A stretch of DNA of 58,682 nucleotides from Vicinamibacterales bacterium (GCA_036274055.1 DASUGM010000063.1:1-58682); one strand, 5' to 3'; positions 28,223 to 37,614 are shown, counted from the first letter of the stretch. Translations and numbers: made by a program. The notes: generated by a model from the letters alone, not told the origin.

Positions 28223-28747
28223 ATGCGACGTGTAGCCACGATGATGACGGCAGCAGCCGTGGTGCTTTTCGCCGCCGGCACGACTGCCCAGAGCAAGCCG
28301 AACTTCAGCGGGAAATGGACGATGGATCCGGCGTCGGCGCCGCAAGGCGGCGGTGGTGGCGGTGGCGGTCGCGGCATGGGCGGACGCGGCGGCGGTGGTT
28401 GGGGCCAGACGTTCACGCTGACTCAGGACGCAACGACCTTGAAAGTCGAACGCATGCAGGGTCCGGCCACGGTCACCGAGACGTTCAAGCTCGATGGATC
28501 GGACAGCAAGAACACGTTGCCGCCGATGCGCGGCGGCGCCGCGGCCGATGTCGTCTCGAAGGCCATGTGGGACGGCGACAAGATCGTCATCACCTCGTCG
28601 CGTACGATGAACATGAACGGCACCGAGATGAAGATCGATTCGAAGCGGGTGATCTCGATGTCCGGCGCCGATCTGCAGATCGACAGCACGACGACGGGCA
28701 TGGGCGACGCGCCGATGACGTCGACGGTGAAATACAAGAAGGGCTAG
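28223..28747 (+). CDS. Small secreted protein with Gly/Arg tract (paralog 2)
   Basis: Same layout as 27441-27956 (MRRVATMM..., KPNFSGKWTMD, GGGGGGGGRGMGGRGGGG, QDATTL, ...KYKKG). Second ATG chosen because AGGAG at 28211-28215 is only 1 nt from the first ATG (28217). Confidence 0.7.
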   Translation: MRRVATMMTAAAVVLFAAGTTAQSKPNFSGKWTMDPASAPQGGGGGGGGRGMGGRGGGGWGQTFTLTQDATTLKVERMQGPATVTETFKLDGSDSKNTLPPMRGGAAADVVSKAMWDGDKIVITSSRTMNMNGTEMKIDSKRVISMSGADLQIDSTTTGMGDAPMTSTVKYKKG

Positions 28748-28760
28748 TCTTGGGGCTTGG

Positions 28761-28784
28761 CAGGCCGCTGAAAAACGCGGCCTG
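28761..28784 (+). terminator. Terminator-like hairpin after small secreted protein paralog 2
   Basis: caggccgc-tgaaaaac-gcggcctg, a perfect 8-bp stem. No T-tract follows. Confidence 0.45.
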
Positions 28785-28812
28785 AACTTCAAACTTTAAA
28801 CTTCAAACTTCG
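28785..28812. repeat. Direct tandem repeat (AACTTYR) x4, AT-rich
   Basis: aacttca aacttta aacttca aacttcg, immediately after the hairpin at 28761-28784. Confidence 0.85.
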
Positions 28813-29090
28813 ACCTGGCCCGATTCGCTCCGCCGTGATTCGTCCCGGTGGCGGTCGGTGGCGTGCCCGTCCGCTGGCCGATCGTATAGCCCGCTTGCCG
28901 CGTCGTCCGCGCATCAATGGCGCCGTGCAGAAGTTGCGCACGGGCGACGTGACGTCCAGGCCGCGCGCGGGCTCGACGAACGGTTTGAGGGCCGCCTCGC
29001 GTGCGGCGGTGCCGGTGACTGGCGTCACACAGGCGTCGACCGCCAGCGCGAGTCGATCCCTGTTCAGGCGAGCTTTTCAGCAGCCTGTGT

Positions 29091-29115
29091 GGCTTGGGCC
29101 TTGGGCCTTGGGCCC
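29091..29115. repeat. Tandem GGGCCTT units. Positions 29093-29113 are the exact reverse complement of 28089-28109.
   Basis: ggcttgggccttgggccttgggccc. cttgggccttgggccttgggc is the reverse complement of gcccaaggcccaaggcccaag. Confidence 0.9.
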
Positions 29116-29243
29116 ATTTACGAATCTGCACTGCCGCCCCCGGATCGAGTACGCACAAATTGAAATCTGCCCCGGCTGGTCGGCGAAATCCGGCCAGTTC
29201 CAGCCCCGGCTGCGTGGCATGGAACTGGCGATCGATCAGCCCG

Positions 29244-29738
29244 ATGTCCCCCTTGATTCTGCCGATCGGCGCATTGTCCCTGCTGTTCAAGCTGGCGTTT
29301 GCTCTGTCCCCCGCCGGCATGGTCCTGCACGCATCAGCCCCCGCGGCCGTGACCACTCCAGCGGCGTACAAGCCCGGCGACAGGCTTCGCCCGATTGAGG
29401 GGATCGACTTCGACAAGTCGCGCTCGACGTTGATTGTCTTCGTCCGTGAGAACTGCGGCGACTGCACCGCGAGCATGGAGTTCTACAAGCGGCTGATGAG
29501 CGAAGAGCACCGCGCGAAGATCGTCGCGCTCAGTTACGACGCGCCCGAGGTGATCGCGCGTTATCTCGAGAAGTACGGTTTCACGCCCGATCATGCGGCG
29601 TCGATTCCGGACGCCGGGCTGAAGATCGACGGCACGCCGACGTTGCTGCTGGTCACGCCCGACCTGACGATTCAGAAAGTGTGGACCGGCAGGTTACTGC
29701 CGCGCGACGAGTACGACGTCACGCGCGCAGTGCGGTAG
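29244..29738 (+). CDS. Thioredoxin-fold protein (TlpA/redoxin-like), membrane-anchored
   Basis: N-terminal hydrophobic segment (MSPLILPIGALSLLFKLAFAL). CxxC in a thioredoxin context (LIVFVRENCGDCTASMEFY) and cis-Pro-like GTPTLLLV. The start is a guess. Confidence 0.6.
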   Translation: MSPLILPIGALSLLFKLAFALSPAGMVLHASAPAAVTTPAAYKPGDRLRPIEGIDFDKSRSTLIVFVRENCGDCTASMEFYKRLMSEEHRAKIVALSYDAPEVIARYLEKYGFTPDHAASIPDAGLKIDGTPTLLLVTPDLTIQKVWTGRLLPRDEYDVTRAVR

Positions 29739-30195
29739 CAATCTGCTCGATCGTCCGGCCGGTGAGGGGATCGACCCAGTCCGGCGCAATCTCCGCCAGC
29801 GGATCGACGACGAATGCGCGCTCGCGAAATCGCGGATGCGGGATGCTCACGCCCGGCTCACTGAGAATGAAGTCCCCGTAGAGGATCAAATCCAGATCCA
29901 GCGTACGCGGCGCGCGCGGCGACGTGCGGGATCGGCCGCGGACATGTTCCAGCGACAGCAGCCACGCCAATAACTCGCCCGCTCCCATCGTCGTCTCGCC
30001 GATGACGGCGGCGTTCAAGTACGGCGGCTGCCGTGTGGGAACGTCGTAGGGCTCGGTTTCGATCGCGTGTGAGGCGCGAAAATTCGCGAGGCGCGTCGCA
30101 AGCGTCTCGATCGCCCAGCGCAAATGGCCATGACGATCGCCGAGGTTGGATCCCAGCGCGATAGCTACCGGCACCGGCTGGGGAATTGCACTCAC
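29719..30195 (-). CDS. folK: 2-amino-4-hydroxy-6-hydroxymethyldihydropteridine diphosphokinase
   Basis: HPPK motifs: IALGSNLGDR, ETEPYD, PRTLDLDLILYGD, IPHPRFRERAFV. Confidence 0.9.
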   Translation of the reverse strand: MSAIPQPVPVAIALGSNLGDRHGHLRWAIETLATRLANFRASHAIETEPYDVPTRQPPYLNAAVIGETTMGAGELLAWLLSLEHVRGRSRTSPRAPRTLDLDLILYGDFILSEPGVSIPHPRFRERAFVVDPLAEIAPDWVDPLTGRTIEQIATALRA

Positions 30196-30223
30196 CTTCC
30201 CAGCCTACTGCACTTTCACGGCC

Positions 30224-30721
30224 CTAGTCGCCGAGCCAGCGGACCTGCATCACGCCGTCGCCGGTGCCCGGTGAGCCGGGACCGTTCGAGCGGCGGCCGA
30301 GCAGGTCGTCGCGCCCCGCGAGCATCTGGTCGAAAAACCGTTTGTGCTCGAGGGTCTCGCCGAGCACGACGCCGACCATGCTGCGATGGCGCGCGTTGAG
30401 GATTTCGGTCAGCCGCGGGCGCCATCGCGCGACGAACGCCTCGGCGTCGCGGGCGTCCTGTCCGACCAGCGGCAGGAAGCTTTCCTTCTTGCCGAGCGGC
30501 GCCAGCGCCGGTTCGTTGACGGTGCCTGGCGTGCCGCCAAGGTCCGCGATCGCCGCCTCGAGCCAGCTCAGGTGCACGTCCTCGCGGGCGATGATGTACT
30601 GATACGTGTTGTTGAATTCGTAGTCGCTCACGAGCCGGGCGACGGCGACGTGCCGTTCGCGCAGCGTCAGTTTTTCGCGGTGGCAATCGCCAAGGATCTG
30701 CAGGTCGGTGTTGGGCTTCAT
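30224..30721 (-). CDS. Hypothetical protein (possibly ferritin-like helical bundle)
   Basis: 165-aa reading from MKPNTDLQ. The ATG overlaps the stop of the upstream DksA-like gene (ATGA). Helical with an E..H element (AREDVHLSW; ETLEHKRFF). The longer 345-aa ORF version is rejected. Confidence 0.55.
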   Translation of the reverse strand: MKPNTDLQILGDCHREKLTLRERHVAVARLVSDYEFNNTYQYIIAREDVHLSWLEAAIADLGGTPGTVNEPALAPLGKKESFLPLVGQDARDAEAFVARWRPRLTEILNARHRSMVGVVLGETLEHKRFFDQMLAGRDDLLGRRSNGPGSPGTGDGVMQVRWLGD

Positions 30722-31080
30722 GAGCTCTGCTTCTGCTTGCACTCGATGCAGACGCGGGTCCAGGGAATCGCTTCCAGCCGCGCCGCCGAAATCGGATCGC
30801 CGCAGTCCCGGCAGATGCCATAGCCGCCCTTTTCCATGCGGTACAGCGCTTCTTCGATCGCCTGCAGAATCTTCGCGTCGGTCTGCTTGAGCTTGAGCTG
30901 AATGTGCACTTCGTTGTTCCCGCTTGCCTGATCGGCCAGGTCGCCCTGCCGGCTGTTGACGTCCATCGACGCCGGCAGCGGCCGGGTGCCTGTCGACGCC
31001 GACAGGATCTCGCTCCGCTTGCGGAGCAACACCTCTTTGAGCGAGGCCAGCAACGTCTCGTCGAGCATCTTCTCGGTCAT
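30718..31080 (-). CDS. DksA/TraR family C4-type zinc-finger protein
   Basis: Coiled-coil N-terminus. C-terminal CxxC-N17-CxxC (GICRDCGDPISAARLEAIPWTRVCIECK). Confidence 0.85.
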   Translation of the reverse strand: MTEKMLDETLLASLKEVLLRKRSEILSASTGTRPLPASMDVNSRQGDLADQASGNNEVHIQLKLKQTDAKILQAIEEALYRMEKGGYGICRDCGDPISAARLEAIPWTRVCIECKQKQSS

Positions 31081-31125
31081 GGGTCACTGCGGCAAATTCA
31101 GCCGCAACCTTAATCTCTGATTCTA

Positions 31126-31878
31126 CTACTTGTCGCCGCCGATCAAATCGCCGAGCCCGCCGAGCAGGCCGCCGAAGTCGCGTTTCACCTCGCCCTTGTC
31201 GCCGCGATACGCCGAATGGATGCGATCGGCCAGCCGGCTGAACGGCAGGGTCTGCAGCCACACCCGGCCGGGGCCGGTCATCGACGCGAAGAACAGCCCC
31301 TCGCCACCGAACAGGCTGGTCTTGATTCCGCCGACCCGGACAATGTCATAGCTGACACTTTCGTCGAAGGCGACCAGACAGCCGGTGTCGACCCGGAGGT
31401 GTTCACCCGCCGCCAGCGTCATCTCGACGATGGTGCCGCCGCTATGGATGAACGCTTCGCCGTTGCCCTCGAGTTTCTGCAGGATGAAGCCTTCCCCGCC
31501 GAAGAACCCGGCGCCGATCTTCTTCGTGAACGCGATGTTGATTTCGACGGTGCCGATGGCGCAGAGAAACGCGTCCTTCTGGCACAGCAGCGGCCGACCC
31601 GGCGCGATCGGCACGTGGATGATCTTGCCGGGATACGGCCCGGCAAACGCGACCCGCGCCCGCGGCATCGAGCAGCTGAAGTACGTGATGAAGAAGCTTT
31701 CCCCGGACAGGAACTTGCGCTTCAGCCCGCCGAGAAACCCACCTTCCATCTTCGTGTCCATGTCGATGCCGTCGGTCATGAACATCATCGCGCCAGCTTC
31801 GGCACGAATCTGATCGCCCTGCGTCATCGAGATGATGACCGCCTGCATGTCGTCGCCGATGATCTCGTGTGCAATCAC
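31126..31878 (-). CDS. AIM24/TIGR00266 (DUF124) family protein
   Basis: Typical N-terminus (HEIIGDDMQAVIISMTQGDQIRAEAGAMMFM) and Gly-rich C-tail. Start moved to GTG 31876-31878, which is preceded by AAGGAG with 8-nt spacing. The ORF-track start at 31911 lies inside the repeat hairpin. Confidence 0.85.
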   Translation of the reverse strand: MIAHEIIGDDMQAVIISMTQGDQIRAEAGAMMFMTDGIDMDTKMEGGFLGGLKRKFLSGESFFITYFSCSMPRARVAFAGPYPGKIIHVPIAPGRPLLCQKDAFLCAIGTVEINIAFTKKIGAGFFGGEGFILQKLEGNGEAFIHSGGTIVEMTLAAGEHLRVDTGCLVAFDESVSYDIVRVGGIKTSLFGGEGLFFASMTGPGRVWLQTLPFSRLADRIHSAYRGDKGEVKRDFGGLLGGLGDLIGGDK

Positions 31879-31895
31879 TCGCCAATCTCCTTCTT

Positions 31896-32063
31896 GGGGT
31901 ACTTCGGGCACCTCGGGTACGCGGGGTACGTCGGGTACCAGGAACGCGCCTTCGGCGTGTCTACTTTCTCATCAGGTACGTACTTGTTGAATACGTAGGC
32001 GAGGCGAAGCCAGGTTCCTGGTACCCGACGTACCCCGCGTACCCGAAGTACTCGAAGTACCCG
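31896..32063. repeat. Microsatellite hairpin: GGGTACNN units facing GTACCC-type units, with a 33-bp perfect core stem
   Basis: 31913-31945 is the exact reverse complement of 32014-32046 (gttcctggtacccgacgtaccccgcgtacccga). The arms extend to about 50 nt with 3 mismatches. The 68-nt spacer holds two small hairpins. Confidence 0.9.
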
Positions 32064-34618
32064 TCACGCCTCCCCGCGAAGCGTCGAAAGAGGCTTCCTG
32101 ATCACTACGTCTAAACTGATGACGACGCCCACGACCATCACGAGCAGCGTAGTCGCGGCGAGACCGCCAAGGAGAAGTCCCGTCGCTGGACGCCACGTCA
32201 GGTCGAAGAGGAATCGCGCCAGCGTCCAGGACAACGCCAACGCCCCGACGGCGCCGACCGCGCCGGCGCCGAAGCCGAGCACGCCGTACTCGACCGCTAC
32301 CAGCATCACCACGCGGCGTGTGCTGGCACCCAGCGTACGGTAGATGGCTGATTCGTAGAGCCGCTGGAAACGCGTCATCGCCACCGCGCCAATCAGGATC
32401 AGGGTGCCGCTGACCAGCGTCACCAGGCCGACGATGGTCACGCCGAGCGCGACGTTGTCGACGACCTCGCGCAGGCGGCCGATGATGTCGCGGACGTCGA
32501 TGATGGTGACGTTCGGATAGGCACTGACCAGGGCACGCTGCACCGCGTTGCGCGACGACGATCCGTCCTGGAGCTGCACGAACGCGAGAAAGTTCTGCGG
32601 CAAGGCCTCGACTGCCGCCGACGGCCGCAGCACGAAGACGAAGCCGCCGTTTTGCTCGTTCCCCCAGGCGACGTTGCGCAGGCTGGTCACGCGCGCGCGC
32701 AGACGACGTCCGGCGATGTCGAACGTGATGACGTCTCCCAGGTCCAGCTTCGCGTCGTCCCGCAGATCCTCGGCCATGGACACTTCCGCGTCCGCGTCCT
32801 CGGCACTCGCCACCGACGTCTGCCGGCCAGACCAGAACTGCCCGGCGACGACGCGTTCGTTTGGCTCGAGTGCGTCACGGTAAGTCAGGGCAAACTCGCG
32901 CGCGAGCGGTCCGACCTTGCGCACGGCGTCGAGATCCGCGAGCGCCTGCCGGCGGCCGTTGACGGCGACAATGCGGGCGCGCAAGTGCGGGTTCAGGCTC
33001 GGCGGCCGTCGCGCGTGAGCCCCCAGCGCCGCCTGGACGCCGCTCAGCTGATCGGGCTGCACGTCGACGAGGACAAGGTCGGGCAGATTCGAACCGAGCT
33101 GTTCGTCGAGATCCGCGAGCAGGTTGACCTGCAAGGCGCGCACGGTGAGCACGAAGAAGGCGCCCAGTCCGACGGCCATCAGAATGACGCGGGTCTGGTT
33201 GCCGGGACGCGACAAGCCGAGCACCGCATGGCGGATCGCGAACTGGCGCGACGCCGCCAGCGGCGCCACCAGGCGCACGACGATCCGGCTGGCGAGTGCG
33301 AGCAGCAGGCCGACGGCTGCGAGTCCGGCAGTGACGTACAGGCCGGCACGGAGTGAATTCGCCTGCCAGGCGGCGACGCCGACGAGCAGGGCGCCCACCG
33401 CCGCGCCGATCAGCCATCCGGCCCAGTCTCGACGGCGGGTGGCTTCGGCGCCGACATCGGCCCGCAGCAGCCGCAGGGGCTTGACCCGCCGCATGTCGAG
33501 CAGCGGCACGACCGCGAAGAGCAGCGAGACCAGCAAGCCGACAGACGCACCCTGCGCCGCCGCACTGGCGGTGATTGTCACCGACGAAACGCCGAGCGGC
33601 TTGATCACGTCGGGCGGAATCGCGCCCGCGGCGATGGCCGCGAGCCCGACGCCCATCCCGCTGGCCGCGGCCGCCATCAGCAGGACCTGAAGGACGTAGA
33701 TTGCGAGGATCGCGCGCGCCGACGCGCCCAGGCACTTCAGGATCGCGACGCTCCGCACCTTCTCCTGCACGAGCACGCGGGTCACGCTCCACACACCCAG
33801 GCCGCCGAGCACGACCATGGCGAAGCCGACCAGGCTCAGGTAGTTCTCCGCGAGGGTCAGATTCCGCCCCAGCCGATCCTCGAGGGTCATCCAGGACCGC
33901 ACCGACGCCACATCGTTGCGCAGCAGGTGGCGCAACCGGGTCGTCGTCGCATCGATGTCGGGCTCGTCCACGCGCAGCAAAATTTCATGCGCGGCCCGGC
34001 TGCCGCGAGCGAGGAGCGTCGTCGCGCGCAGATCGGCGAGGTCAATGTAGACGCGCGGCCCGAGCTGCAGACCGGTCGCCTGCTGCACGCGATCGCGCGT
34101 GAACGACGCGCGAATCTCGAAGGTCTCGCCGGCAATGGCGAGCGCATCGCCGACCTGGAGTCCGAGGTCGGCGAGCAGGTCTTCGTGCACGACCAGCCCG
34201 TGATTGCGGACGAGATGGTGCGTGTACTGCTTCCCGTCCGAGAGCTCGATCGCGCCGTAGAACGGAAACCCCGCTTCGACGCCGCGCAATTCGATGAGCT
34301 TCACCGGCGCGTTCGGGTCGATGGCGGCGCGGACCATCGTCTGCGTTTCGACGACTTCGGTCCGGGCACGGACGACGACCCCGGCGATCCCGGCCGCGAT
34401 CCGGCCTCGTGCGTCGTCGCTCCACGGACGAGGCGCCTGCAGGACGATGTCGGCGCCGACCAGCGACCGCGCCTCCCTGGTCAGCGTGATGCGGACGTTC
34501 TGCACGACGCTGCGAAGCACGACGATCGCGGCGACGCCCAGCGCGGCGCAGAGGAAAAAGAACAGCAGGCGCGCCCACGACGCGCGCGTCTCCCGCCAGA
34601 CCATGCGAAGCACGAACG

Positions 34619-34622
<4 letters not shown>
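32064..34622 (-). CDS. ABC transporter permease, YbbP-like (two FtsX modules)
   Basis: 852 aa with a duplicated FtsX 4-TM module separated by large loops. Overlaps the upstream ATPase gene by 4 nt. Confidence 0.9.
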
Positions 34623-35278
<656 letters not shown>

Positions 35279-35289
35279 GCGTCGGCGAG

Positions 35290-36030
35290 TCAGCTCAGCT
35301 GATCGACGATGTCGCGCAGCTTCGGGTACAGCAGCTGGGCGATGATCTTCTGCCCCTCGGCAGTTGGATGAATCCCGTCGTCCTGATTGAGCGCCGGGTT
35401 GCCGGCAACGCCCTCGAGCAGGAATGGCACGTAGGCAATCGAGCCCGAGTACTCGCGCAGCAACGTCATGTAGATGGCGCGAAAGGAGTCGCGATAGTCG
35501 CTGCCAAGATTGGGCGGCGCTTCCATCCCGGTGAGCAGCACCGCGACGTTCTTGGCGCGCGCGACCTCGATGATGCCTTTCAGGTTGTCGTGTGTCTGCT
35601 GCGTGGTCAGCCCGCGCAGCGCGTCATTGGCGCCAAGCGCAATCACCAGGATGCGAACGTTCGACTCGAGCATCTGATCGACGCGCCGCAACCCGCCGGC
35701 GGTGGTGTCGCCGCTCACGCCCGCGTTGATGACCTCGATCTTGTCGTAGCCCTCGGCATCGAACATCTGCTCGATCACCGCCGGATACGCCTGCTGGCTG
35801 GTGAGCCCGAGACCCGCGGTGAGGCTGTCGCCGAGAAACGCGATCGTGAATGCGGTCGACTGCGCCACCTTGCCGGACGCGGTCGACGGCGCCTCGGTCG
35901 GCACCGGCGGCGGAGGCGGCGGGACGACGCTGCCGCCGCACGAGACGTTGCGGAACGAGCACGCGGAGACCAGCAGCAACAACAGCAGCGGGAGCAGCCG
36001 CTCGAGCGCTTTGATCGCCGCCTCGAGCAT
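35290..36030 (-). CDS. SGNH/GDSL hydrolase, TesA-like lipoprotein (in-frame ORF continues upstream to 36216/36222)
   Basis: Lipobox LLLLLVSAC, block I FLGDSLTAG, block III ALGANDALRG, block V DGIHPTAEG. Start shown at internal ATG 36028-36030. See the finding on the N-terminal extension. Confidence 0.8.
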   Translation of the reverse strand: MLEAAIKALERLLPLLLLLLVSACSFRNVSCGGSVVPPPPPPVPTEAPSTASGKVAQSTAFTIAFLGDSLTAGLGLTSQQAYPAVIEQMFDAEGYDKIEVINAGVSGDTTAGGLRRVDQMLESNVRILVIALGANDALRGLTTQQTHDNLKGIIEVARAKNVAVLLTGMEAPPNLGSDYRDSFRAIYMTLLREYSGSIAYVPFLLEGVAGNPALNQDDGIHPTAEGQKIIAQLLYPKLRDIVDQLS

Positions 36031-36309
36031 GGCGCGATGCGCCGGCGCGGTCGCCTGGGTGAGATCCGCTTTGGCGCGGGCCAGCGCCAGTTCCGCGGTG
36101 CGGCGTTCGGCCCGCTGCCGCGCCTCGTCCGGCGTCGTGGGAGGACTGGTCCTGGCGGCGGACTCGCGATCAGCCTGCTGCGACTCGACCGACTTGCTTT
36201 CCCAGCCCCGTGCCATCTGCACGATTGTGACACGGCTTCCACGCCGAGACGTAGAGGACGCTGGCGCAGAGAAATCCTTCCTTGCGTCTCTGCGTGTAGA
36301 CTTCGCCCG

Positions 36310-37614
36310 GTGGAATTCCGACGCGCGCTCGGGCCCTTCGACGCCACGATGGTCGTCATCGGCGGCATCATCGGCTCCGGCATCTTCATCAACCCGTCAC
36401 TGGTCGCCCGCACGTTGGACAGCTCGTGGCAGATTCTCGCCGCCTGGGCGCTCGGCGGCGGGGTGGCGATGGCGGGCGCATTTGCCTATGCGGAACTCGG
36501 CCAGCGCTACCCAAAGGCTGGCGGGCAGTACGTCTACCTGCGCGATGCCTGGCACCCCGTCGTCGGGTTCCTCTACGGCTGGGGCCTGCTCTTCCTGATT
36601 GAAACCGGCGCGATGGCCGCGGTCGCGATCACGTTCGCGCAGTACGCGCTGCGGCTCGCCGGCGCCGAGACGATGTCGCCGCGGCCGCTGGCGATCGCGT
36701 CGATCGTGCTCCTGTCGATTGTCAATTACCTCGGCGTCAAGCCGGGCAGCCGTCTGTTGAACGTCTTCGTCGTCCTGAAAGTGCTGGCGCTGATCGTGCT
36801 GATCGGGTTTGCCTGGCTGTCGCCCGGCGTTCCCGGCTGGCTCTCGAACGCGCGCGTCGACAGCACACCGACGACGGCACTGACATTCGGCGCGGCGCTG
36901 ATCCCGATTCTCTTCGCCTACGGCGGCTGGCAGACCGCCAACTACGTCGCCGAGGAAATGAAGGACTCGCGACGCTACCTTCCGCTGGCGCTGATCCTCG
37001 GCACGCTCGCGGTCGTCGCCATCTATCTGCTCGTCAACATCGCGTATCTGCACACGCTGGGGCTGGACGGCCTGGCGGCAACGCCGACGCCCGCGGCCGC
37101 GACCGCCGGGGCGTGGATCGGCGTCGGCGGCGAGCGGTTCGTCTCGGCCGCGATTGCGATCTCGACGTTCGGGTTTCTCAACCTCGCCGTGCTGGCGCCG
37201 ACGCGCGTCTACTACGCGATGGCTGCCGACGGCGCGTTCTTCCCGGCGATGGCGCGCCTCCACCCGCGCTTTCGGACGCCTGGCGCCGCCATCATTCTCC
37301 AGTCGACCTGGGCAATCGCCCTGACGCTGACGGGTGAGTACGGCGACCTGCTCGACACCGTCGTCTTCGCCGACTGGATTTTCTTCGGCCTGACGGTCGC
37401 CGGCCTGTTCGTGCTGCGCGCCCGGCATCCCGAGACCGATGGCTTCAAGACGCCCTTCTATCCAGTTCTGCCGGCCGCATTCGTCGTCGTCGCGCTGCTC
37501 GTCGTCTACAGCACCGTGCAGGCCGCGCCGGCCCGGTCCGCGGTCGGCGCCGGCTTGCTGCTGATTGGAATCCCCGTGTATTACCTGTTCAAGAGTCGAA
37601 GCGCCCGTGGCTGA
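36310..37614 (+). CDS. APC-family amino acid permease
   Basis: Typical start context (V)EFRRALGPFDATMVVIGGIIGSGIFINP. About 12 TM. GTG 36310 chosen because the upstream part of the 748-aa ORF is Arg-rich and antisense to the TesA-like gene. Confidence 0.85.
   Translation: MEFRRALGPFDATMVVIGGIIGSGIFINPSLVARTLDSSWQILAAWALGGGVAMAGAFAYAELGQRYPKAGGQYVYLRDAWHPVVGFLYGWGLLFLIETGAMAAVAITFAQYALRLAGAETMSPRPLAIASIVLLSIVNYLGVKPGSRLLNVFVVLKVLALIVLIGFAWLSPGVPGWLSNARVDSTPTTALTFGAALIPILFAYGGWQTANYVAEEMKDSRRYLPLALILGTLAVVAIYLLVNIAYLHTLGLDGLAATPTPAAATAGAWIGVGGERFVSAAIAISTFGFLNLAVLAPTRVYYAMAADGAFFPAMARLHPRFRTPGAAIILQSTWAIALTLTGEYGDLLDTVVFADWIFFGLTVAGLFVLRARHPETDGFKTPFYPVLPAAFVVVALLVVYSTVQAAPARSAVGAGLLLIGIPVYYLFKSRSARG

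Noticed and set aside
28796-29476. 226-aa minus-strand and 187-aa plus-strand ORFs (28835-29398) spanning the unassigned region
   Set aside because: Both are Arg/Gly/Pro-rich and cross repeat elements. They overlap the start of the thioredoxin-fold gene. GC3 is not consistently high.
30722-31261. Upstream two-thirds of the 345-aa minus-strand ORF 30224-31261
   Set aside because: It overlaps the DksA/TraR gene in another frame and is Arg/Pro-rich. An ATG that overlaps the DksA-like stop gives a sensible 165-aa protein.
35368-36309. 5' extension of the APC permease ORF (the 748-aa version)
   Set aside because: It overlaps the TesA-like gene on the opposite strand and is Arg-rich. The conserved APC N-terminal motif (RRALGPFDAT) begins right after GTG 36310.
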